DNA from: an uncultured Gemmatimonadales bacterium
Lineage (GTDB): Bacteria > Gemmatimonadota > Gemmatimonadetes > Longimicrobiales > RSA9
Assembly (NCBI GenBank): GCA_963708135.1
Contig: OY970192.1
Location: forward strand, 1,824,001-1,888,000
Direction of reading: 5' to 3'
Length of the DNA: 64,000 bases
Shown here in pieces: positions 1-9,262 of this stretch; position 1 is the first letter of the stretch; each line of letters begins with the position of its first letter. The translations under genes and the position numbers were made by a program. The notes below the pieces were generated by a model that was not told the DNA's origin, made no database searches, and saw nothing but the letters and a program-made list of their open reading frames with translations.

Positions 1-593
1 TCGATTATCTGGTCGGCGGCAATATCACCGTCGTGGGCGCCGCAGGAAACAACAAGGGAGCGGACGCCTGTAATTGGTTCCCGGGATCGGAGCCAAGCGT
101 GATCACTGTCGGATTCACGAACTCGAGCGATGTCGTCGATTCGAATTCGAATCAGGGAAGTTGCGTGGATCTCTTCGCCCCGGGAGCAGACATCGTCTCG
201 GCGTGGGATACCGGAGACAACGCCACGCATACGCTGAGTGGCAGCTCACAGGCCGCCCCTCTGGTTGCCGGCGCCGCAGCCCTCTACTTGCAGGACCATC
301 TCAGTGCGACGCCGTCGGAAGTAAAGAATGACCTGGTGGGCACGGCTACCAGCGGGCGGCTATCGGGAATCACCCTCCCCGGGACCCCGAATCTACTCCT
401 GTACGCGCTACGGCCATCGCCGCTCTCGGTCTCGGTCACGGGACCAACCTACATCTCCGCGAAGGGCACCTATACCTTCACCGTGAGCTATTCGGGCTAC
501 GTGTCGCCCACGATTGACTGGACGGAAAAGCCGTGCTATGCGGCCGGAGACGGCTTCTGCACGTGGCACGATCTCGGCGGCGGGACGACCCAG
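1..593 (+). pseudogene. S8 subtilisin-like serine peptidase, 5' part outside the window, interrupted by IS21 (C-terminus resumes at 2970)
   Basis: Motifs AAGN, SNQGSCVDLFAPG and SGSSQAAPLVAGAAA (catalytic Ser region); ORF broken at the IS end at 594. Confidence 0.9.
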
Positions 594-688
594 TGTCAAG
601 GCCGGTTGAGAAGTTGACAGGTCCAACGGTTTAGAATTGGACACTTCCGTCGGTCTTGGCGCTAACGCGGCATGGGGGATCTCCTCTC

Positions 689-1459
689 TCAGTGGGTGGT
701 GGTGAGGCCGGCGCCGCGGCGGTTGCGGAGACGATAGCTCTCGCCGCGGATGTTGATGGTGGTGGCGTGGTGCAGCAGCCGGTCCAGGAGCGCGGTGGCG
801 AGGACCGGATCCGGAAAGATCTCGTCCCACTGCCCGTAGCTCTTGTTGCTGGTGAGGAGGATCGACTTGTTGGCCTCGTAGCGGCGGCTTACGGCCTCGA
901 AGAGGAAGGTGGCGTCCTCGCTCTCGAGCGGGAGGTATCCCACCTCGTCGAGCAGGAAGAGATCGGCGCGGATGATGACGCGCAGGAGGATGTCGAGGCG
1001 GTTCTTCTCGCGCGCCACGCGGGAGCGGGTCACCAGCTCGTGGAGGCTGAGGAAGTAGGCGCGGTGCCCGCGCTCGATCGCCCGGATCGCGAGGGCCACG
1101 GCCAGGTGGCTCTTGCCGACCCCGCAGGGCCCGAGGAACACGACGTTCTCGCCCTGATGGAGAAAGCGCAGCGTGGCGAGCTCCCGGATGACCTCCTTCG
1201 GCACGGAGGGCTGGGCGTCGAAGTCGAAGCTCTCCAGGGTCTTGGGTGCCGGAATGCCGCTGAGCTTCAGGTTGGTGCTGACGCGGCGCTCGAAGCGGGT
1301 GGCGAGCTCGCGGCCGAGCAGCTCATCGAGCACTTCAACCGGGAGCTGCTCCTGCTTCTGCCCCTGCTCGAGGACGCTGTCCAGGGAGGCAAGCGCGGAC
1401 TCGAGCTTCAGGCGCCCGAGCTGGTCCCGCACCCGCTCATAGCTCACGGCCGCACTCAC
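689..1459 (-). CDS. istB: IS21 helper ATPase IstB
   Basis: Walker A GPCGVGKS, LLDEVGY, TSNK, LDRLLHHA, GESYR. Confidence 0.95.
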   Translation of the reverse strand: MSAAVSYERVRDQLGRLKLESALASLDSVLEQGQKQEQLPVEVLDELLGRELATRFERRVSTNLKLSGIPAPKTLESFDFDAQPSVPKEVIRELATLRFLHQGENVVFLGPCGVGKSHLAVALAIRAIERGHRAYFLSLHELVTRSRVAREKNRLDILLRVIIRADLFLLDEVGYLPLESEDATFLFEAVSRRYEANKSILLTSNKSYGQWDEIFPDPVLATALLDRLLHHATTINIRGESYRLRNRRGAGLTTTH

Positions 1460-2772
1460 GCCGCACCGTCCCCGAGGAGGCGCTCATACGCCGAGAGCGG
1501 CTGCACCTGGACCTGCGGAGCCGAGCGCTGGATCCGCTCCAGCAAGAGAATGCCTCCGCCTTGGCCCACCTGTACGTAGCTTGGCTGATGGCCTCGGCGG
1601 CGAGCGGCCGCTTCGGCGCTGCCGCGCGTGAGGCGTCGGATCTGCGCCGCGTGTTCGGGCAGGGTCACGCGGGGCGAGCCGCTGGGCCTTCTCCGATGGC
1701 ACGCGACCAGGTGCGCACCGAAGTAGACCGAGAAGGCGTCTCCCACCGCGCCCCCTTCCGAGCGGACCACCACCGTGCCACCCACCGCGATGGGATCCAC
1801 GCTGTAGCGCACCCCGCCGTAGCTGATGTGGCTGTCGGAGGGGACCGTACGGAGCTCCACCGGGCGCACGTCGTAGGCCGGCACGGCTGCGAGTGGCCGC
1901 AGGTGCGCGAGCTCGAGCGCATGGCGGTCGATCGGCCGCTGCCCGGTGGTGCCGTGGATCCGCACGTTGGCCACCGTGTCCAGCCAGACCGCAAGCTGCC
2001 GGTTCAGGTCCTCGAGGTCGGTGAAGGTGCGGCCCTCCAGGAACGAGGTCTTGAGGTAGCCCACGCCCCGCTCGACCTTCCCCTTCACCCGTGGCCAGTA
2101 CGGTGGGCTCGCCACCGGAAGGAAGCCGTGGTGCTCGGCGAAATCCAGGAAGCCCTTGTTCCAGCGCACCGTGCCGGTGGTGACGTCGTGCTGCTCGACC
2201 GCCTGCTTCATGTTGTTGACCAGGATCTCCTTCGGGATGCCGAGCGCATCGAAGGCACGAACGAGACAGGCCAGCAGCACCGGCAGCTTCGAGCTGGTCG
2301 TGAAGCGCGCGTACATCATCCGGCTGTAGCCCAGCACCATGACGAAGACGTAGAGCGTCCGGCGCTCGCCGCCCACCTCGATGCTGCCGCACTCCCCCCA
2401 GTCGATCTGGGCCTGCTGCCCCGGCAGCGTCTCGAAGCGCTCCGTCACCCGCCGCACGAACTCCTGCTTCAGCGGGCGCACGAACTCCCGCAGCAGCGTC
2501 AGTCCGCCACGATAGCCCTGCGCCCGGATCTCCTGGACGAGCACCGTGGCCGGCAGATCGAAGCACTCCAGCCGCGCCCGGATGTGCTCCTTGAACGGCT
2601 CCAGCTTCGAGACCCGTTTCGATCGCGGTTTCGGAAACGGCTCTCCCTCCTTTCGCTTCAGGTGGTTGTAGACGGTCTGGCGGCTGACGCCCAGCCGCTC
2701 GGCAATCCGACTCTTCTGCATGCCCTCGCGGGCCAGGAACTTGATCTGCATGGACCTCTCCCGTAGGATCAC
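1456..2772 (-). CDS. istA: IS21 transposase IstA (second catalytic Asp appears replaced: LVNNMK)
   Basis: N-terminal HTH, RFETLPGQQAQIDWG, KGKVER, HGTTG motifs. Confidence 0.93.
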   Translation of the reverse strand: MILRERSMQIKFLAREGMQKSRIAERLGVSRQTVYNHLKRKEGEPFPKPRSKRVSKLEPFKEHIRARLECFDLPATVLVQEIRAQGYRGGLTLLREFVRPLKQEFVRRVTERFETLPGQQAQIDWGECGSIEVGGERRTLYVFVMVLGYSRMMYARFTTSSKLPVLLACLVRAFDALGIPKEILVNNMKQAVEQHDVTTGTVRWNKGFLDFAEHHGFLPVASPPYWPRVKGKVERGVGYLKTSFLEGRTFTDLEDLNRQLAVWLDTVANVRIHGTTGQRPIDRHALELAHLRPLAAVPAYDVRPVELRTVPSDSHISYGGVRYSVDPIAVGGTVVVRSEGGAVGDAFSVYFGAHLVACHRRRPSGSPRVTLPEHAAQIRRLTRGSAEAAARRRGHQPSYVQVGQGGGILLLERIQRSAPQVQVQPLSAYERLLGDGAA

Positions 2773-2969
2773 TGGCGGAGCCCTCCGGTGCTCGGGAACG
2801 TCTTTAAGCTGACGCCCCGATTCTACGCACTGCGAGGGCTTCGTTCATCTCCCTGTCAACGTGGCCTCCCGCGCCTGCGGCGCTTCGGCCCTCGACTTCA
2901 CCTCCTCGACGGGAGTGTCCATTTTCAAACCGTCGCTCCTGTCCAGTTTACAACCGGTGGTGAGACCAG

Positions 2970-3125
2970 AACCGGGTCCTCGCCCCTGATTGCACGGTTG
3001 GATACGACCTCTACGAGATCCGCGCCACCGTAACCGATTCAGACGGGCTGTATGCCAGCGACACCCACGATGTGCATCTCTGCAACGCCCCCGCCCCGGT
3101 GCCCAGTTCGCCGGGAGAGGACTGA
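2970..3125 (+). pseudogene. C-terminal remnant of the S8 peptidase
   Basis: Removing the IS and one CCAG gives in-frame GGGTTQ-NRVLAPDCTVGYDLYEIRATVTDSDG...SPGED*. Confidence 0.85.
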
Positions 3126-3826
3126 TGGGCGTCGCCTTGCAGTTCCTGGCCGCTCCCGCTCCGGCGAACCGCGGACGAACCGGGAAACCACGGCACCGGC
3201 GCTTTCTCGCCGCCTGTTCGGTCCTCATGTTTGCACTGCTCGCCGGGGCGGCGTGCGACCACTCACCGACTCGCCCTGCCGAGGAGCCGGACCTGAAGCC
3301 GGGGAAGCTCATCTACCAGTGGTGTCCCATCGACCAGACGGACTTCTGGCCATACGGCAAGCCGGCGGCGCCGACGGTCATCGTGGATGCGTTGCCAAGC
3401 CCGGTCCTCGAGTCTGGCCCGAATGCCGCACCATATTACCCTCTATCAGCCGAGCAGGAGGCCCGGATCACGGCACACGGTGCACGGATCCTGTACCGGT
3501 TCAACGCCAATATGGTACGTATCGAGGTCCCCACGGATTCGTTGCCGGTCATGGTGAAGGGTCCGCCCGACAGACCAGGCATTCTCGACGGCGTGCTTTC
3601 CGTCCCCGACACGCTGCACCACGACTATGTTTCCGAGCTCGTGTTCGACCACACCGTCACCAGCACCGACTCGTTACTCGTCTTGCGTCTGGGCGGTTGG
3701 CCGAAAAAGCGCGAGCCGGACTATCCAGTGCTCGACGCGATCATTCCCGACTCGATCGTGCCGGAGCTACGGAATCACGGCCTGATCCACTCCCTCGTGG
3801 ACTTCACAGGTTGCGGCGCAGTCTGA
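3125..3826 (+). CDS. Hypothetical lipoprotein (start uncertain)
   Basis: ATG overlaps the peptidase stop; hydrophobic stretch with lipobox-like LAGAAC. Confidence 0.6.
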   Translation: MGVALQFLAAPAPANRGRTGKPRHRRFLAACSVLMFALLAGAACDHSPTRPAEEPDLKPGKLIYQWCPIDQTDFWPYGKPAAPTVIVDALPSPVLESGPNAAPYYPLSAEQEARITAHGARILYRFNANMVRIEVPTDSLPVMVKGPPDRPGILDGVLSVPDTLHHDYVSELVFDHTVTSTDSLLVLRLGGWPKKREPDYPVLDAIIPDSIVPELRNHGLIHSLVDFTGCGAV

Positions 3827-3920
3827 CCGGCTTTAATAGCCAGGAGGCGCTCGACGTGCACGACGAGGGCCAGCGCGCACACACGAAGCGGAACGAATCC
3901 GAATCCAGGCGCACAGCGCC

Positions 3921-3985
3921 GGATTCCGCGGCCTGCGGCCGCTGGATTCGGATTCCGCGGCCTGGCGGCCGCTGGATTCGGATTC
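3921..3985. repeat. Tandem duplication of about 30 bp (GGATTCCGCGGCCTGCGGCCGCTGGATTC)
   Basis: Two near-identical adjacent units. Confidence 0.8.
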
Positions 3986-4053
3986 GAGGAGGCGGGGACG
4001 GGCTGCTGCGAGGATGTTCTCCCGGCCCGGCCTCGCCGTTCCGCAGTCGAGCT

Positions 4054-4142
4054 GCCGCCGTTCAAGCGCCGCCGTTCAAGCGCCGCCGTTCAAGCGCCGC
4101 CGTTCAGGTGCCGCCGTTCAGGTGCCGCCGTTCAGGTGCCGC
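4054..4142. repeat. 14-bp tandem repeat, GCCGCCGTTCAAGC x3 then GCCGCCGTTCAGGT x3
   Basis: Directly visible, no spacers. Confidence 0.95.
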
Positions 4143-4171
4143 AGTCAGCCGTTCCCGCCGTCCCCCCCCCG

Positions 4172-4369
4172 TCAATGCAGCCATGCCCTCAGTGCGTACG
4201 CCGCGCCGAACCCGAGGTAGTTCCCCACCGCGTAGCCGAGCAGCCCCACGATGATCCCCGGCAGCACGAGCGCCGGCCAGTCCCGCGCGACGGCGACGGC
4301 CAGCGCGCTCGAGGGCCCGCCGACCGCCGCCTGCAATGCGACCGACAGGCTGCCGAGGTCCAGCTTCGC
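4172..4369 (-). pseudogene. C-terminal fragment of a DUF819-like membrane protein
   Basis: Manual translation KLDLGSLSVALQAAVGGPSSALAVAVARDWPALVLPGIIVGLLGYAVGNYLGFGAAYALRAWLH*; no 5' part. Confidence 0.75.
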
Positions 4370-4481
4370 TAAGCGCCGCGCCCGCGGCCGGGTCTACACG
4401 GTCGGCCACTCGAGCCACGACGTCCTCGAGTTCGTCGGGCTGCTGCGCTCCCACGGCATCGAGGAGGTGGCCGACGTGCGC
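4370..4481 (+). pseudogene. N-terminal fragment of a DUF488-family protein
   Basis: RVYTVGHSSHDVLEFVGLLRSHGIEEVADVR, cut at the ISCR-like element. Confidence 0.8.
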
Positions 4482-4582
4482 GTGTGGGCTTGGGTGTGGG
4501 CCGCCAGGTCCGGCGCTGACGGCCGGCGCGTTGTCCCGCTCCGCCATGGTGGTGCCCCGGGTCTCGTCGAACCCTCCGGGGC

Positions 4583-6163
4583 ATGCCCACCGTCGCACGC
4601 CGCCGATCCGTTTGGGTCCCGCCGCAGGCGCAGGCGCACCGCCCAGGGCACTCCGCAACGCCACCCGCCCAGGCCGCCGTTTACCGCCGACGACGGCCCA
4701 CGGCCACGCCCCTCTACCCCATCGTCCAGCACCACATCGAGGGCTTCCTGGCCCGGGCCGCCGAAGCCGATCCCTGGGGCGAGGGCGTGGCCGGCTGGGT
4801 CGAGGCCGACTTCCGGGCCTACCTCCGCTGCGGCATCCTGGCCCACGGCTTCGCCCGCGTCCGCTGTGACGACTGCGCCGCCGAGCGCCTCGTCGCCTTC
4901 TCCTGCAAGGGCCGCGGCGTCTGCCCCTCCTGCAACGCCCGCCGGATGGTCGAGGTCGCCGCGCACCTGAACAACGCCGTCCTGCCGCCGCTCCCGATCC
5001 GCCAATGGGTCCTCTCCGTCCCGAAGCGGATCCGCCCCTTCTTCCACCACGATCCCGCCCTTGCCGGCGCCGTGCTCCGGATCCTGCTCCGGGCCGTCCG
5101 CACCCGCCTGCGTCACGGCAGTCCCGGTGCCGGCCCGGACGCGCAGATCGGCGCCGTCTCCTTCCTCCACCGCTTCGGCTCCGCCCTCAATCCCCACTTC
5201 CACTTCCACGTCGTGGTTCTCGATGGCGTCTTCACCGGGACCGTGGACGGCGAGGTCCGCTTCGATGAGGCGACCCACTTTTCCGCCGACGACGCCTCCG
5301 CCCTCACGCCCATCCTCCAGCGCCGCATCCTGCGCCTCTTCCAACGCCGCGGCCTCCTCGAGGAGCACACGGTGAACGACATGCTCACCTGGCAGGGCAC
5401 CGGCGGCTTCAGCCTCGACGCCTCCGTCCGCATCCACGGCGCCGACCGGGCCGGCCGCGAGCGCCTCCTCCGCTACTGCGCCCGGCCGCCGTTTGCCCTC
5501 GATCGCCTGCGGATCGAGCGTCAGTCCGGAGGGCGGGCCGACGACGACGCGGGGGTCCGCCGCGTGTTCTACCGACCCTCCCGGCCCACCTCCGACGGAC
5601 GCGCTCTCCTCGCCCTCTCACCCCTCCAGTTTCTGGAAGCACTTTCCCAGCTGATCCCGCCGCCCCGGGTTCACCGCCACCGCTACCACGGCGTTCTCGC
5701 CCCCAACGCACGGCTCCGGCCCCGGGTCGTCGCCCTCGAACGCGACGCAGAGGCCCACGCGGACGAAGCCCACGGCGAGGGGCCCGGGGTCCACACCCAC
5801 AACGAGCCCGCTACCACCCTCACCGGCGCCGCCGCCCGCTCCCGCTGGGCCCAGCTCCTCGCCCGCATCTACGAGGTCTTCCCCCTCCGCTGCCCCGAGT
5901 GCGGCTCGCAGATGCGCATCCTCGCTTTCCTCACCGACCCCGCGCCCGTGGGCGCCATCCTCCGACATCTCGACCTGCCCCACACCACACCGCCGCTCTC
6001 CCCCGCACGCGCTCCACCCCAAGCCGCACTCGCGCTCGACGCCGAGCCCCTCGCACCCGCCGATGCCCTGCCCCGCGACGACTTCGACCAGACGCCCGCG
6101 TTCGATCCGGCTGACCCCGAGCCCCTACCCGAGCTCGACCTCGACCAGACCCGCGGCGCCTGA
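4583..6163 (+). CDS. IS91/ISCR-family rolling-circle transposase
   Basis: Zn motifs YLRCG..RCDDC..FSCKGRGVCPSC, HUH LNPHFHFH, single-Tyr RYCARPP, RYHGVLAPN, C-terminal CPECG. Confidence 0.95.
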   Translation: MPTVARRRSVWVPPQAQAHRPGHSATPPAQAAVYRRRRPTATPLYPIVQHHIEGFLARAAEADPWGEGVAGWVEADFRAYLRCGILAHGFARVRCDDCAAERLVAFSCKGRGVCPSCNARRMVEVAAHLNNAVLPPLPIRQWVLSVPKRIRPFFHHDPALAGAVLRILLRAVRTRLRHGSPGAGPDAQIGAVSFLHRFGSALNPHFHFHVVVLDGVFTGTVDGEVRFDEATHFSADDASALTPILQRRILRLFQRRGLLEEHTVNDMLTWQGTGGFSLDASVRIHGADRAGRERLLRYCARPPFALDRLRIERQSGGRADDDAGVRRVFYRPSRPTSDGRALLALSPLQFLEALSQLIPPPRVHRHRYHGVLAPNARLRPRVVALERDAEAHADEAHGEGPGVHTHNEPATTLTGAAARSRWAQLLARIYEVFPLRCPECGSQMRILAFLTDPAPVGAILRHLDLPHTTPPLSPARAPPQAALALDAEPLAPADALPRDDFDQTPAFDPADPEPLPELDLDQTRGA

Positions 6164-6274
6164 ACGGCCAGGTGCGCCCGGCAACCGCTACAGGCGCCAG
6201 GTCACACCCACATCCGATGCCGAATCGACCGGAACCTCCACCCAATCCCGCTCGCCCGCCCATCACCCCCACCC

Positions 6275-6304
6275 TTGACCCGGCGAAACCACCCCGCCTA
6301 TCCT
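6275..6304 (+). promoter_or_regulatory. Putative outward-facing sigma70 promoter in the oriIS region (present in all four copies)
   Basis: TTGACC-N18-TATCCT about 40 bp inside the right end. Confidence 0.55.
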
Positions 6305-6344
6305 ACCGAAAGCAGCCGAAACGGCGTTTGGATTTCCTATCCCT

Positions 6345-7141
6345 TCGATCTCGAGCAGCGCGAGGGTCGCGTCCACCGGTACAAGGGCCACGCGGTGCGC
6401 AAGAACGTCGCACGGCGGTGGGGCCTGAGCACGCTGCGGCAACGCCTGGACGGCCAGGAGGACCCTTGGGGCGTGCTCTTCGGCGTTGCGGCAGAGCACC
6501 GGGCGGAAGGCGTCGACGATCTCGTCCCGTACTGGATTTACGACGTGCCCGGCGGAGCGAAGATCGAGCGGCGCGTGCCGATGTTTCCGTTCAGCCGCGA
6601 GACCGGGCAGCTCGTGCGGCTGCAGCGGGAGCTTGCCCTTTATCGGTTGGTATTCGGTCAGCCGCGGCAGGAGGATCTGCTCAAGTTCCTGACGGCGGAG
6701 GCGGCGGAGAGGTTGAGGGAGGCGCGGATCGATCTCGAGCCCCCGAGGCTGGTAGACGAGGATTGGGAGGCATGTGCCGACGTTGGAGCTGGAATTCGAT
6801 CAGCATTTCAGATCTACTTTGCGCATTGGGGCCTGCGTCTTCCGCCCAGAGTCCAGGCGGGGGTTCGCGGCACGCTTAAGGAAGCTGGGTGGCAGGTGAA
6901 GTTCTTGGCAGGTGAGGACGACGGCGGGCTCTACCTCGATTGCTACGCTCGCCACCGCATGACGAATGACAGGCACTTCAGAATTCGGCCAAGCGGTCAG
7001 CTTGAAGATCTGCCTGCTTTAAGAGACATGATTCTCTACCCGGCAGAGAGCAAAGAAGAGGAGCAGGAGGAGATTGCGCGCCAACATCGAGAGTGGAACG
7101 AGAATGTGTGGGAGATGCTCAGTCGCAAAGGATTCGCCTAA
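6345..7141 (+). pseudogene. 3' fragment of an SF2 helicase gene with an extra C-terminal domain
   Basis: DLEQREGRVHRYKGHAVRKNVA (helicase motif VI), LYRLVFGQPRQEDL; starts at the oriIS junction. Confidence 0.8.
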
Positions 7142-7157
7142 GCCTTGGGCTGTTACC

Positions 7158-7685
7158 ATGGGAACGCTGCTACCGAGTATGGTGCCGATACGTCACTGGG
7201 TCGCCCAGGCGGCCTGCCTGATTTTTCTATTCGCTTGCGGGCAGGCTGCCGATGATTCGAGTCCTCCCGATGAGGCGGAACTCTATCGCCATCCTGATAC
7301 CCTACTCGCCGATCCCGACGCACAGTCGCAAACCGGAACCGAGCTTGCGCAAGCCGTCACAATCCGCGTTTCCGTTTTCGACTGGACTGAGAAGAAGCCG
7401 ATTCGGGGACAGACGGAGGTTTGGCTGCGGGGTGTTGGGTCATGGTACCCGGCGATGGCGTCGGGTGGTGATATTCGTGAGTACCCTGGGCGAGTAGTGG
7501 GTGCGATCGACACGCTGATATTCTACCCCATAGGTCGTGAGAGCCCGGAGCTCAAGGTGCCGGTGCCGATTACATCAACGCTCTGTCCCGCCGGCTGTGA
7601 CCGTGACGTAGTTCGTCTGGAGATCTGGGACGATCACTACGAAGCGTGGGGTCCGAACGGCATCGCCATGACGTTCCGACGTTGA
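7158..7685 (+). CDS. Hypothetical lipoprotein
   Basis: ORF with lipobox-like LFAC; lower GC than host genes. Confidence 0.55.
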   Translation: MGTLLPSMVPIRHWVAQAACLIFLFACGQAADDSSPPDEAELYRHPDTLLADPDAQSQTGTELAQAVTIRVSVFDWTEKKPIRGQTEVWLRGVGSWYPAMASGGDIREYPGRVVGAIDTLIFYPIGRESPELKVPVPITSTLCPAGCDRDVVRLEIWDDHYEAWGPNGIAMTFRR

Positions 7686-7765
7686 ACGACACTTGAAGGG
7701 CGATCAGGGGATCACCGTCTGGAACCCCGCTGACGCCGAGGACCCGCTATACGCCCACGTCCTGC

Positions 7766-9032
7766 TCCGGAGGGCGGGCCGACGACGACGCGGGGGTCCG
7801 CCGCGTGTTCTACCGACCCTCCCGGCCCACCTCCGACGGACGCGCTCTCCTCGCCCTCTCACCCCTCCAGTTTCTGGAAGCACTTTCCCAGCTGATCCCG
7901 CCGCCCCGGGTTCACCGCCACCGCTACCACGGCGTTCTCGCCCCCAACGCACGGCTCCGGCCCCGGGTCGTCGCCCTCGAACGCGACGCAGAGGCCCACG
8001 CGGACGAGCGCCGCATCCTGCGCCTCTTCCAACGCCGCGGCCTCCTCGAGGAGCACACGGTGAACGACATGCTCACCTGGCAGGGCACCGGCGGCTTCAG
8101 CCTCGACGCCTCCGTCCGCATCCACGGCGCCGACCGGGCCGGCCGCGAGCGCCTCCTCCGCTACTGCGCCCGGCCGCCGTTTGCCCTCGATCGCCTGCGG
8201 ATCGAGCGTCAGTCCGGAGGGCGGGCCGACGACGACGCGGGGGTCCGCCGCGTGTTCTACCGACCCTCCCGGCCCACCTCCGACGGACGCGCTCTCCTCG
8301 CCCTCTCACCCCTCCAGTTTCTGGAAGCACTTTCCCAGCTGATCCCGCCGCCCCGGGTTCACCGCCACCGCTACCACGGCGTTCTCGCCCCCAACGCACG
8401 GCTCCGGCCCCGGGTCGTCGCCCTCGAACGCGACGCAGAGGCCCACGCGGACGAAGCCCACGGCGAGGGGCCCGGGGTCCACACCCACAACGAGCCCGCT
8501 ACCACCCTCACCGGCGCCGCCGCCCGCTCCCGCTGGGCCCAGCTCCTCGCCCGCATCTACGAGGTCTTCCCCCTCCGCTGCCCCGAGTGCGGATCGGACA
8601 TGCGCATCCTCGCTTTCCTCACCGACCCCGCGCCCGTGGGCGCCATCCTCCGACATCTCGACCTGCCCCATACCACACCGCCGCTCTCCCCCGCACGCGC
8701 TCCACCCCAAGTCGCACTCGCGCTCGACGCCGAGCCCCTCGCACCCGCCAATGCCCTGCCCCGCGACGACTTCGACCAGACGCCCGCGTTCGATCCGGCT
8801 GACCCCGAGCCCCTACCCGAGCTCGACCTCGACCAGACCCGCGGCGCCTGAACGGCCAGGTGCGCCCGGCAACCGCTACAGGCGCCAGGTCACACCCACA
8901 TCCGATGCCGAATCGACCGGAACCTCCACCCAATCCCGCTCGCCCGCCCATCACCCCCACCCTTGACCCGGCGAAACCACCCCGCCTATCCTACCGAAAG
9001 CAGCCGAAACGGCGTTTGGATTTCCTATCCCT
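7766..9032 (+). mobile_element. ISCR-like copy 2: 5'-truncated, internally duplicated, oriIS intact
   Basis: 7766-8006 matches copy 1 about 5525-5765, then jumps back to copy 1 about 5319 and runs to oriIS; Zn and HUH regions are missing. Confidence 0.9.
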
Positions 9033-9262
9033 CACGATCCGTGCGTATTCCGGCCGAATCCGTCCAGTGATTCCGGTCGAAGCCGGCCACCGATTCCGGA
9101 CCATTCCGTCCACCCGTTCCGGAGCAATCCGTCCACCGATTCCGGGGATTCCGTCCTGCCATTCCGGCGGAATCCGTCCACCCTTGGGGGAGCGAAGCCG
9201 ACGCTGGATGACCTGAACCAGACCAGCCGCCACCTTGTGCGGGTCCTGAACCCGGAGGAGAG

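Larger units (their letters stand above)
594..2965 (-). mobile_element. IS21-family element 1
   Basis: istA-istB pair; imperfect IRs TGTCAAGGCCGGTTGAGAAGTTGACAGG and reverse complement TCTCACCACCGGTTGTAAACTGGACAGG; 4-bp target duplication CCAG at 590-593 and 2966-2969. Confidence 0.92.
4482..6344 (+). mobile_element. ISCR-like (IS91 family) rolling-circle element, copy 1 (lacks the tmRNA-like left end)
   Basis: HUH transposase; right end GCGTTTGGATTTCCTATCCCT resembles ISCR oriIS; no IRs or target duplication; near-identical to copies 3 and 4 from about 4492. Confidence 0.9.

Noticed and set aside
4054..4142. 14-bp repeats as CRISPR or iterons
   Set aside because: Contiguous units without spacers and no rep gene nearby.
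9042..9182. Six repeats of about 23 bp (ATTCCGG...CCGTCCA), mirrored at about 11605-11704, as a CRISPR array
   Set aside because: No spacers and no cas genes; these are the multiple terminal repeats typical of IS21 ends.
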